A stretch of DNA of 63,313 nt, the filler included, from Intoshia linei (Eukaryota; Animalia; Orthonectida), in assembly GCA_001642005.1 (NCBI GenBank). It is 6 parts of 6 records of this genome, joined end to end, with 100 filler letters (N's around TTAATTAATTAA, not from the genome) between each part and the next. Parts side by side here need not be neighbours in the genome. Positions count along the whole stretch, not along the records: positions 28,645 to 41,792 come from LWCA01001026.1; positions 41,893 to 59,043 come from LWCA01000812.1; 4 more parts are not named here. The stretch is one strand, 5' to 3'. A program made the position numbers and the translations under genes. Below the pieces are notes generated by a model. The model saw only the letters and a list, made by a program, of their open reading frames with translations. It ran no database searches and had not been told where the DNA came from. Shown one piece after another: positions 39,450 through 52,200 of this stretch; the stretch's first letter is position 1, and every line of letters begins with the position of its first letter.

Positions 39450-41452
39450 TCAACTTGATCTTTTAGGTTTCTTGATTTCTTTTTTGAGTTTGTTTTTGTG
39501 CAAATTTAATTTTTTGTTGATTACTTTTATTACAACTTTGTCGTCTTCTCTTGATTTTTCTGCTATTTTATTATGTTTTATTTGAATATTGATGGATTGT
39601 TTACCGTCTTTGTTTTTTGTTATTTCTTTTTTTACTTCACCTTTCACCCTTACTTCATCTCCCTTTTGTTTAGTTGTGTTTTCTTTTACTTCATCATGTT
39701 TTATTGTCATGTTTATACTGCTCGAGTGTTTACCGTCCATGTTTTCTGTTACTTCATCATGTTTTATTGACGTGTTTATATTTCTCGATTGTTTACCGTT
39801 TTTGTTTTTTGTTACTTTTACTTCATCATCGCTTTTTTTAAATAATGTATCCATTAGAGTCATTTTTTTTCTAAGTTCTTTATCGTCATTTTTTATTTTC
39901 ATAGGGAATTTTTTTTTAATATCATCAGACTTGTTCCATGTATCATTTAATGAATCCTTCAATTTATCAATAGGAACATTATAAATTTTGATCATTTCTA
40001 TATTATTTTCCATTATATCGTTTCTTTCCTTTATCAAACGATTACATTTGACTATATTTTTAGAAAAGTTGAAATATTTATCAACAGGATCATCAAAAAC
40101 AAAGGAAATATTTTCTTCGTCAATCTTTAATTCAATGGCATCATATATTTGAAACAAACTAGCTTTAGGATGTATCTGTGTATCCTTTAACAATTCATTA
40201 ATTACTTTCAAATTTGATAATTGATCAGTTAAATCGATTATATTTGCCAAAGCTGCAAATCCATCATTTTTCCTAAAATGATTTAAAATTCGATTAATCG
40301 TTTTAGTAAATTTAAATTCATCTGACCCTTCAGTCGATTCTTCTATTCCGATTATTATTTCGTCTTCCTCAGTTTCATTAATAATTTGAGTGTAATTTTT
40401 ATCTTTAATTCTAACTTTCCATTTTGATTTACATGAAAATATTAAACCAATTATTAAAATTATTAAAATGTGCAACAAATCAAAAACTCCACATGCAATG
40501 ATTATTCCTGTATTGTATTTTTCATCACTTTTAAAATTTAACAATACTTTTTCCATTAAATATTTATTTTCCATTATTATGTAAAATATAAACGATTTCG
40601 TAATAATATAAATGACTAAAAATATGAACCCTATAAACTGATATTTGTATTGACTGTTTAGAATTCTTCCAATCCAGTCATATAAAACATTAAGATATTC
40701 ATTTTTTTTAACGCTTTCTTTTTTTTCTTCGTCATTTTTAAAATTGTACATGGATGGATATGTTCTTGCAAGAGGTTCAATTTGCGTCAAATTTTTATCA
40801 CGGTACAATGTAATTTGACTTTCAAGCAACATGCTACTTACAATGTAATATTTCTGAGTAGCAGAAATTGTTTGATCTTTTAAAATTTTCATTATTTCTA
40901 AATTAAGACCCATTTGATCAGATACATTTTTAATAATCATATCTTGTATAAATAAAACTATTGACGTATGAACGATATACAAAGATACAAAACTAATTAT
41001 ATATACACTTAGTAAAACTGTCGGATTTTGGTTTAGATTATTCAATACATCTTCGAGTTTAAAGTTTTTGACAGCTTCGTTAAATATTGTTTGTAAATCT
41101 TTATCAATTCCATTCGGTAAATCAGAAAAGTAGGATGCAGTAAATTTATAAGTTGGAATAAATATGAATATCCATATCATGCTATTCGTTAATAAGGAAA
41201 AACTTTCAATAAAAAGAATTGATCGTATTAAAGACGACATTCTAGCAAATGATAAACAATGATTGTACAACATAAATCCCAGTGCAAATCCCAGATTAAC
41301 AAATTTTAAAATAGTTGTAACGTCGAATAAATTTAAATTTCCTGATTGGATGTCTTGAGAATTATTAATATTGCCCTTTTCAATGTTTGATACAAGTTTA
41401 CTAATAATTTCTTGATCCGGAAAAATATTTTTAACAATAGTTGAAAGTTTTT
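39450..41452 (-). CDS. Large terminal exon of an unknown multipass membrane protein with a Lys/Asp-rich repeated tail
   Basis: The 607-aa ORF stays open upstream to a TTTTAG acceptor at ~41453. Several TM segments, then three NxDGKxS..I..IKH repeats. Confidence 0.8.
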
Positions 41453-42519
41453 CTAAAATTAATTTAGTCGGTAGAATTAAGTTAAGTTAAATTAATTAAT
41501 TGGCGATGTTCACTTACAGTTAAATTAATAAATTAAAAAAAAGTTAAAAAAATTAATCGATAAATTTCTTTAATTGCCTGCACTAATTATATTGTACAAG
41601 GTTGACTGTTATGTACTACGTACAAACAGCACCTAGCTCTGCCGAGGGCACATTTTTATTATACCAAAATAATAAATTCACGTTGAAAATGTAACTTAAA
41701 AATCCTACTATTAACTATTATCAATGCTTTAAAGCAGGGATGGGCAACATACGGCCCGAAATAATTTTTATTATAAAAATTATTTTTTAATTNNNNNNNN
41801 NNNNNNNNNNNNNNNNNNNNNNNNNNNNNNNNNNNNTTAATTAATTAANNNNNNNNNNNNNNNNNNNNNNNNNNNNNNNNNNNNNNNNNNNNCGTTTTTT
41901 TCCTGATTTTAATTAATTAAAACGAAGAAACTAATAATACAAAAAAGACCACTCAATTGCCTCGAATCTGCATAACATTTTACATATCGTCATACAAAAA
42001 TTATAAAAATTAATATATTAGAACAAACACAGTTCAATTTTTTAGCTTGGCTTATAGAGAGTTCATATTACTTTTTTTCATTAAAATGTGTTTAAAACGT
42101 TAATAACTGAATTTCAACATGGGACACTCAGATTTTCATATTTAAAATAAATTTATCTTATTATAAATGTTAGTATTTTTAAATTTGTCTAATATTACAA
42201 AAACCCCTTTTTAAGGAAAAAACACCCTGTGAGGTTAAATATTAAAATTTTTATGTTTAAATTTGGTATATGTCTTAGTGGGTCATACTTTAATTTATAT
42301 CCATCTTTAAAAAAAAAATGGCGCCAATTAAGAAAAAGGGGAAAAAGCGCGCGAAAACCTTAAAATTCAAAAAGGGTACACATTTTTATGGTCATTTTTT
42401 TTAAAATTTTATTTTTATGGGTTTTAAAGTACCCTCTTCAATGTAGGGGTGGATTTTTTTCGAATCGAAAATTTTGTAAAAAATGAACAGCCCTAATATA
42501 TCATATATACTGCATATAG

Positions 42520-43386
42520 ATTTCCACTCATATTTATTTATTGGAAGTGTGTAGACGTTCAATGCACATTTTTTTTGAAATTGTAGGATGATTATTTTTC
42601 TTTTGCATTTTTAATTTTAATCCAACATTTGAAAAATATTGGTTGATAATATATTAAAAATAATTTTTTACCGGGAATGAATCGACTTTTGGAGTTGCAA
42701 TTTTGTATTAATATCAAATGGAATAAGCTCTATCAGAATAATCGTTTTTTTTAATGGTAGGACCATTAATTATTTCAAATTTATGTATTAATAAAATAGT
42801 TTCGAAATAAAAAAAAATGAATATTAAAGTACTTTTTTGACCGTGAAGGCGTCACTTATTCAGTTTGAAATTTTTTGTGTGTCTGAGCAGGATACAACTG
42901 TACCATCTGTAGTTTGTTTTAAATTCTAGGGCTGTTTTTATTTAAACAAAATGGTAATGTGGAGTTTTGATCGTGAAAATTATTTTTTTGATGTTTCCAT
43001 TTATGATAATCTTTATGATTTTAAAAGTTATCCCAGAATGTATGTTTAAAAAATTTTTAGGGTATGTTTCATTTTTAAAACAAAGGGTAATTTGTGATTT
43101 TGACCATGAAGATATTTGTTTCTGAGGTTGAGATTAACCACAATGTTAATGCTTTTAAAACGAGTTCCAGAATGTAACTTTTATTAAAATTTTGAGCTGA
43201 TTTTTGTTTAACAAAAGGGAAAATTGGGTTTTTGATCCCGAAGTCGACTCAACTTTTGAAACTGAAAAATTTATAAAAACACGTCTTGGAAGAAACGGTA
43301 GAAATTGTTGTTTATTAAATGCTGCGTCTGTCAATTTTTTCAATAAATTGTTACACACACACATTCATTTTTATATAAGTAAGGGA
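42520..43386 (-). mobile_element. Helitron-like element
   Basis: 5' TCCCTTACTTATATAA plus (GT)n at ~43386; about five subrepeats. Confidence 0.7.
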
Positions 43387-43438
43387 ATATATTGACCACT
43401 AATTATAAATAATATAGTTTGTCATTATTTTAATTTAG

Positions 43439-46247
43439 GTTCTGTCCACACTATTGTCATTTTAAAGAATTCGAAATTAATAAAAAAAGATGTTCCATTC
43501 AATATTATACTTAATATTATTTATCAAGTTTCAAGGGCTTTAATTTATTTAGAATATTGCAACATCGTTCACAGGTAAATTATTAATTCACTTTTTAATA
43601 TTTTAATTAAATTATTACTTTATATAGATGTATTTGTTCCAGAAATATAATGATTTCGAGTACAGGTAGAGTTTGTTTAACAAATTTTAAAAGAGCGATA
43701 TCCATGTGTGATAGTCATGGAGTGAAACAGGAAAAAATTTATAATTTTCCTAATATGTACGGCAGTTACATTAACTGGGCTAGTCCTGAAATTATTCAAC
43801 AATCTGTAAATGGTTATAACGCAAGCAGTGATGTATATAGTTTTGGTACAACTATAATTGAAATTGTTAATGGTCAAATCCCTTTTAATGGGTACACAAA
43901 TTTAGAGGTTATTTTTTAATACATGTATATGAATTTAGTACACATTGTTAATTTTGTTATTTTTTTATTAGATTATGCTAATAAAATTAAGAGGAATAGT
44001 TGAGCCGTTGCACTATTTAAATGTTTATTTTGGTAATATATATTAAATATAAAAGAGAAAAGTATATTTCAGTATCGTAATTATTGGTGATTATTGATTT
44101 TTAACTACATGGCAGATATGCATGCATGCTCTAATTATTTAAAAAGAATGGTTGTATATAAAGCATTTTTAAATTTTGATAAAATTTTTAAAATTCAATT
44201 TTTTGTTGTTAAATATTTTATTTGACGTTGTAGATCAGTGTTTCCCAACCGTGGGGCCAGGCCCCACTGGTGGGTTATGACGAAATTTTTGGTGGGACAT
44301 TGGAAATTTGGTGGGGCCTAGGAAATATTACAATTTTATAGGATTATGAAACTAGATTAATTTATTGTTAATTATATAATTATTAATTATTTTATACAAT
44401 ATTCTCAGGTTTATAAGTGGGTATGTTATACTTGAAACAATTAATTGTATTATTAAATTATTAGAATGACAAAAAACAAATATACTTTTAATGATCGTGG
44501 TCTATTGAATTCAAATTTAACTAAATTGATGAGTATATGCAAAATGCCAAATTTGCACATTTACAAAATTTTAATCCGATTTTAACTACTTTTGCTAGGA
44601 TTGCTTTGTTGCCATTTCCATCTTCTTATTTAGCAGTATGCGGGTTTAGACTTACTGAAAAAAAATAAATAGACTACAAATTTCAAAAATGGGAGATCTA
44701 CGATTAAAGCTTTCAACATTAGTATTGAATATTAATAAACTTTGTCAGAACGGTCAGGCTCAATTGTCTCATTAATTCTAAAAAATAAATACATTATTAT
44801 TGTTTTTATTATTATTTTATTATAATTCGCTCGAATTTTTTTAGTGGGACTTTTTTAAGAGTAAAAGTGGGGCCTAGCATAAAAAAGGTTGGGAAACACT
44901 GTTGTATAACTATCTGTTTCTTAATTTTTTCTAAATAAAAACTGTAATTGAAATGTGGACTTTATAAAATTCTAAGACTGCTAGTGATTGAAATATACGG
45001 TAACACACACAAACAAATATTGCGTAGCATGTCATATAGGTAAGGACTAGCTATACATAATTTCACTAATACTCTCTTTTCCAATTTGTCGTCACTTTTG
45101 GCATAATCTATTAGTTCAATGACGATATAAGCATTTATAAGCACATATATATATATACATATATATTTATATTTTTTTTGGAGAAAGTCGGACATGATGT
45201 AACAATTAGGAATAGATTTTTATCGACATGAAAACAAACAAGGTGTACCCAATAATTAGCAATAAAGTGACTTTATATTTAAATAGAAGATGTTATCATA
45301 TTAGTCTAATTATCTTATTAGATTACATTTTCACGTATCTACTCAGTAAAAAAAATTTCGAAAAAATTAAGAAACAGATGGGTCTACAAGGTAAAATAAA
45401 TTATTTACCAACAAAAATATCATTGTTAAAAATTTTAAAAATATTTATATTCAACTTTTTTTTGATATACTTAGAACATGTTTGTATATCTGTCATGTAG
45501 TTAACAAAATCAAAATTGGTTCAGTTTTGTGTGTAAAAGGCATTTTAGTTAACAAAAATAATAAAATTATTGAAAAATAAACAAATTAAAAAAATATTCT
45601 TAAAAAAAGTGAACCTTCGTCGCCCAGTCAAATTGCAAAATTGTGGACTAATATTCGAGATACTCTCTTAGCATCACCAATAATTACGATACTGAAATAT
45701 ACTTTTCGATCTTTTAATTAGTGGGACACCCTAATATGCCTATATTCCTTTTTTAAATTGGCAAGTCAGAATTATAGTGGTTATGATAATGATTACACGA
45801 TTTTTAGAAATGAAGAACAAAAAAGTATTGAAAATAAAAGATAGACTCGAGCAATTAGTCCTAAATATGTGTTGTTTAGACCCAGAAACTCGGTATGGGT
45901 ATTAACGTGCACATATAAATTCGTTTAGAATGACACCAACGGAGTGTAGCGAACACGTCATAATGAAAAGTGTTATTAAAAAAAAGAATCAATGTTCCGA
46001 TCTACGCAAGAATATTTTAATGAACGATAGGCTTATTGCCAATTTATCATGGGATTCGATTTTGCATCAGGAAATGGATATAATTGATGAAACAAACAGA
46101 AATGTGAACGACTTGTGCAACTATAAATATCCATTTATCAGACATTGCAAAGAAAATATGAAATTATTTACTCAAACTGAAGAACCGATTAAAACAGCAC
46201 GAAGAAATTCTTACATTCGTAGACTTTTTTCTTTGAAAACCTTTTAA
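43439..46247 (+). CDS. STRAD: STE20-related adaptor (STRAD) pseudokinase, 3' exons
   Basis: Exons 43439-43574, 43628-43907, 43972-44032, 45808-45892, 45929-46247: IVHR/CICSRNIMIS..VCLTNFK (no HRD or DFG), IYNFP..INWASPEIIQQ..GYNASSDVYSFG..GQIPF/IMLIKLRG. Confidence 0.85.
44236..44901 (+). mobile_element. Internally deleted hAT (Buster-type) element in a STRAD intron
   Basis: Perfect 15-bp TIR CAGTGTTTCCCAACC; flanks TTGTAGAT/TTGTATAA; LLPFPSSYLAVCGF...GDLRLKLS...QAQLSH* remnant. Confidence 0.9.
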
Positions 46248-46261
46248 TATGCATAGTGTAT

Positions 46262-49200
46262 TTAATTTTGTAAATATAAACATCTAAATTGTGATTGCGC
46301 TACTTTTAAAATTTCATGCTTTATTTTTGGATAATTTGGATCAATGCTGAGTACCTATTTTATTTAATTTAACAAACATTTACGGGAAAGTAAACCTTGT
46401 TACTTACGTCGATTGCGCCAGTCAATCTTTTTAATTTCAATAAATTAAATGCCAGTTTATATCCAATTGTGCAATTTTTTCTGCCACATAATTCCCATGC
46501 TTGTTGATACAGTTTACTAGCATTTTCTAAATCTTTGCCAATTTCGTAAATTAGGGCCTTATTTTCAATTGCGCGAAAACACGACTACAATATTAGTTTA
46601 TAAATATTTTATTTACCTTGTTGTACTTTACACACAAGTCCAAAATTTCATTTGCAGCGTCATATTTATTATTCTAATTTATATTGATATATTTTTTAAA
46701 CAAACTCATCAATAGTTGATTACTTGAATGTAAATTTCAGATAAAAGTAGCCAACATTTTTCAAGATAGGTGCTAGTCTAAAAAACTGTGTAAAAATTTT
46801 TATGGATAGTATAATACACTGTGAGTCCAAACCATATCGACAGTTTTTCGTAGTACCGTTCTGGACCTTCCTACATTACCAATAATCATATTTGAAACAC
46901 CAATTACGTAGATACTTGATGGTACGTTTTTCTATAACGAAATTCATCACATGTTATATCATTAAAAATGTTTACAAGTTGTGGGTCCATCTTTTCCATT
47001 GAACTTATAACCTCTTCTGCCTGCTTGTTAGATCCTAATGCCAATGTAGCCAGTTTGCGTAATATAAAAAAGGAGTGCTTATTTTTTTCTTTGTTGAAAT
47101 ACTAAATTAGCTTTATTTCCAATAAAATTTATAATCTTGAGTTTACATTCAATAAAACATTGGCCAGGTGTAACAAGTTTTGTTTCATTTCCACGGAACC
47201 GTAGCTAAATTTAGTAATGATAATTATGTATTGAGACTATACTGTACTATAGCAGACTCATCCAAGTATGGCCCGCACAATCAATTTTTTTAAATTATAA
47301 AATATTGTCAGCAATTATGTCGATATCCATGTTATAAAACGGATTAAGTTTTATAACTATATAAGAAGTTGCCACCACAAAATTTAGTATTAATTTGAAA
47401 CTTTTAGATTGAAAGAAATAACAGGAAATAGCGTTTTACAATTTTTACAATAAAGCGAGTAAAAAAAATTTGAATGCTCCAAATTTCCAAATTAAACTTT
47501 TTTCCCTAACCCAATTTGATTGGACTTGTATTTCAGTAGTCTAATCGATGCGAATTTGGCAATTATATAAAGATAATATTACTTTTCAGTGTGCCAGAAT
47601 AATACGGATCTATTAGGATTTAAACAAATATTTATGCAATATTCTGTACCCAAACATTGCCAATTCGTATCAGTTCGAGATTTGTTGAATAGAGATAGAG
47701 CAATATTATTTTCAATAAAATACCTACACTAGAATTAATTTTTCTATATACATTAAATTATAATTTAATTAGAAGCCGGCAATCAGTGACCCTTTGAATA
47801 ATTTTCGTGACTCGTAAAAAAATGTATAATTATAAAAATATTCATATTTGTCATTTTATCATTACATAAACATAAATAACCACCCAAAAAACCTAATTAT
47901 TAATGTTTTAGAAAAAACTTTTATCATGTCGATATATTCTTTAAGATACGTATTACACTACAACATATATAATCCGACAACATTTATTCAAAATATCGGT
48001 ATACCAATAATATAATCCATTGCAAAATTGGTAAGCTGGAGTTCTTTCAATTTTGGGAAATCGTTCCAATAAATTTTTAAGAAGGGTTTGAGAATTTTTC
48101 TGGTCACCAAGTCGGTAATTTATATCAATATATTTCAATAACAGGTCATAATTAACTAAAAGTTTGATAAATAAAATGATACGAGAGAAATTAATAAACA
48201 CATTTTTATTTTTTAAAGATGACTTTGAACATGTGGAATGTTTAACCACAGAAAATTTATTTACATTTACAAAAATTAAACATTTACAGCTCAACACAAT
48301 TATTAGGAACAAAATAATAAATAATGTTGTTTATATAATATTAAAATTATTCATATTGTACAGGGCAATTCCTATATAACAGAATTTCTCGTTAACGGAA
48401 AAAAATTCCTGATTAACTGAATTTTTCTGAATTACAAAAATTCCGTTAAATTTTAATTTAACACGACTAGCATCATAATTATACTAATCCTTTTTCAGTT
48501 AAAATTAAAATCTTTAGATATGTTAACATTTCATTTTCTTCTTGATTAATAATAATAATAATGGTTGATTATTAAATATATGAAATGAAATGACCTGCAA
48601 ATATAGATTAAGTGGAATAAAAATAAAAAATTTTTATTGATGGTTGGTAAAATTTCATTTTTTAAATTGGGTTTTGGATTAGGAAGTTGTTGCTCATAAG
48701 ATTTAGTAAAATCAAATTTTTTAAAATAATATTTGAAAAATAAGATATTTTCCTTAAACGTTGATAATATGGAGTTTTATTTTGAAATTGGAATAAGGGA
48801 GTTTTCTCATAAAATTTGGTAAAATCGTGTTTTTCAAAAAAATTTTGAAAAAATGGTATTTTTACCTTAAGGGTTGGTAAAATTGGATTTTTTAATTAGT
48901 GGTTTGATTAAGTGGATTTTTTTGATAAGTTTCAAAAAAATATCGGTAAAAGACAAATTTTGCCTAAGGCTTGCAATGGTATTTTTTATTAAATGTTATT
49001 AATAGTGGAATAAAAGTGGGATTTTTAAAAATAATAATGTAGCGGTCGTCTAGGCTTTGAGATAATCTACATCTAGAAACTATGAAAATAAATATTAAAA
49101 ACATTTATATTATACATTACAAATTCATTTATAAAAATAAACAAAGATTGATCAAAATTTTTCTATATTTTATTTGAATCTCACGGACCCCAGGCATATA

Positions 49201-52200
49201 ATTTTGAACCCCAATCGGAAACCACTGTTTTAATGTATACATTATTTATAAAAAAAAATCCGTTAACGAGGAATTAGCCTGTATTATATTTACCATCAGA
49301 CAAAGAAGTGTATTTTATAAATATTTCATCGCATAAATCCTTTGCTTTTGATAATTCCATATTGTGTATTAATATTTCCAAGTTTAACTAATTATTTTTT
49401 TATTTTTAAAAATTAATTAAATGCACAACTTATTTGGTTTGGTTTTTAAGGGAAAAATTTTATTTTTTTATCCAATTTTTAATGATTTTTATGATACCTT
49501 AAAATGTTAAAAATATTCTCTTAAAAACCTTACAAAATTTTGGTCTAAAAATTATCTTCAAAGTATTTAAAAAATGTTCCCTTGAAAAATCCTACCAAAT
49601 ATTACCACCAAAATTATTTTTAAAATCTTTAAAAATTAAGTGAAAAAATTAATAATACGATTAATTAGCAAAATCTATGATTATGTCGCTCAAATTTTCT
49701 CTAAGTTTTATGATTTGAATTTATGATAATGTTTAAGATTTAAATAAACCCTATAATTATAATAATTATAAAACTCACTAAAACCGGGAAAAACTAACTT
49801 GGAATTTTATTTTTAAAATTTCAGGGAATATAATTTTTCGCAATAAATTATTAGTATTAATTTATTGTATATGATATTTTCACCCATTTTTAGAATTTTT
49901 TACTTTATAAAGTAACAATATATTACCTCCTTAATTTTAACGTGAGAAACATTCAAGTTTGTAAGTATCAAAACAATATGATTAGCTTTATCGACATTAT
50001 TAAGAGCTAAATGAGTCTTAATAATTCTAGCGGCAACATCTGTATTATTATTGCTCAATCTTAAAACAGTATCGGAATAAAGTATGATTTTGTCATATTC
50101 ATGTTGTAAAAAGAATTGATCAAAACTGGTAGTACCAACATGAACTAGAAATATCACATATTTATCAATATCAGCATTCCCGTGTATTTTGACTTGTTTA
50201 ATAAAATTTGAAATGAGAGAAATGGACTTTTCATAAAATTCCATTTTTTGCATCGAATTTTGATTTTTAATGTGATCAATAGTTGTAGCAAGTAAATTAT
50301 AAACACGTGCAAATAAGAACATGCGGCAAGATTTTGAACTAATATTTTCAACATCTTTTTCTTCATTTTTGACAATTTTTAGTAGAATTTCATGACTTTT
50401 TTGGTATTCTGTCATTTTTACATAAAGTTTAGCCAGTTGATACCTAATTTCTTCCAATAAATAAGGATCCATTTCTTCGTCATTTGACAGTTTTAAATGT
50501 TTTTCTACGTCACTCAATGCGAGTATATAACAGTTGACGGCTTGTTGAAAAGATAAAGATTGACAGTAAACATGCGCCATTTTTTGGAGTAATTCAATTT
50601 TTTTCTTGTTTGATATACTTTTACATTGATAAGCGGTTTTGTAAGATTCTATAGACTGTTCCATATCGAAAATTTTTAAATAAGCATCACCCAACATTAT
50701 ATATCCGCTGGTAGTGTACATTTCAGAATTTAAATGATTTGAAATATCTTTAAAACACGATATATACAGTTTTTTGTTATTTTTTTGCAAGTATATTTTC
50801 GACATTTTTTTTCTAGATTTTATATAAAAAACTGAATCTTTGTTTTCAATACTGGTCAATATTTTTAAACTTTTTTCAGTATCACCACTTTGTTGCGATA
50901 TTTTTGCATTGATCAATTTTAGCATGGCGTTTATTATAAACTTTTCTTCTTCCAAGTAATTTGATTGACTGGTTTTGAAAAAATTTTTGGCAGAATCCTC
51001 TAAATTTATTAATTTTTCCTTGTCATTTAATTTTCCAAAACATTTTATTAAACCAATATACGCTTTGAATTTATTGTAGAAAGAAAGAGACGATACTATA
51101 TTACCAGATTTGCATTGATTAAAAAAATTTCCTTTTTTATCCATTTCTAAGGCTTGTTCAAAGAAATGTAGGGAATTTCTACTTTTATCCATCGAAGCCT
51201 TTCGTTTTTGAAATAATTCGTTATTTACCATACCGTTACGTTCTTTGTATTCTGTAATGCACGCAGAAATATAAAAATACATGGGAGTTTCACTCAAATC
51301 GAAATTGTGACTTAGACCAATTTTTATATTTTCTGCAGCTTCATCAAATTTTTTCAAATACACCAAAACTGTTGCTAAAAACAGATAGGCTTCACCGAAT
51401 AAATGATATTTCTCTATGCATTGTTTAACCAAAGAAATTGACTGTGCGTGTTCATTTAATTTGAATTTTATATAACTTCTGTATAAACAACACATGGGAC
51501 TATTGGAAATGTGCCGAAAAGTACTGTATTGGTTCATGTTTGTTAATATACCGTCAATAATTCTATAAAACGTTGAAATTCGTTCAAAATTGTCCATTGT
51601 TCCAATTGAACGACGTCCAATGCTTTTTCGGTTTTCAGAAGAATATTTACCATATTTAATTTTTTGACTAATTAAGGAATCGAATAATCTACTTTTTAAA
51701 TACTTAAGAGCAAATCCAATCAATTCTAAAATAAAAAATGAATCAATGTCTCCAATTTCATATTCGTTTTTCATCTTTGATAATAAAATGTTATCTTCAA
51801 TTTCACATTTTAACTTTGATACAGCACAGCATATTAATCTTTCAATAGTATCATCATCGTTTTCAATTTTTTTACCAGTTTGATTCGACTCTTTATCTTT
51901 GTTTAATAGTAACACTTTTATATAATGGTATTTTGAAATTTTTTCCAATTTTTCCGGGTCTTGGCATTCTTTTAGTATATGCAATAGTTTTGTTGCTTCC
52001 AATTGTTTCCCAAGTTTTAGATGTGACATTGCAAGTAGTAATTGAAGGTTAATTTGTTTGTTCATGTTTCCTGATAGTTTATTACTTTCCAACATTTTTT
52101 TTATCAAATTTATGCATTTTTCAAATTCTCCACAACCATAGTTTAGTATAGTAACCAAATAATTTAATATGAAAGAACTCAGTTTATTTGTACAGGTAGG

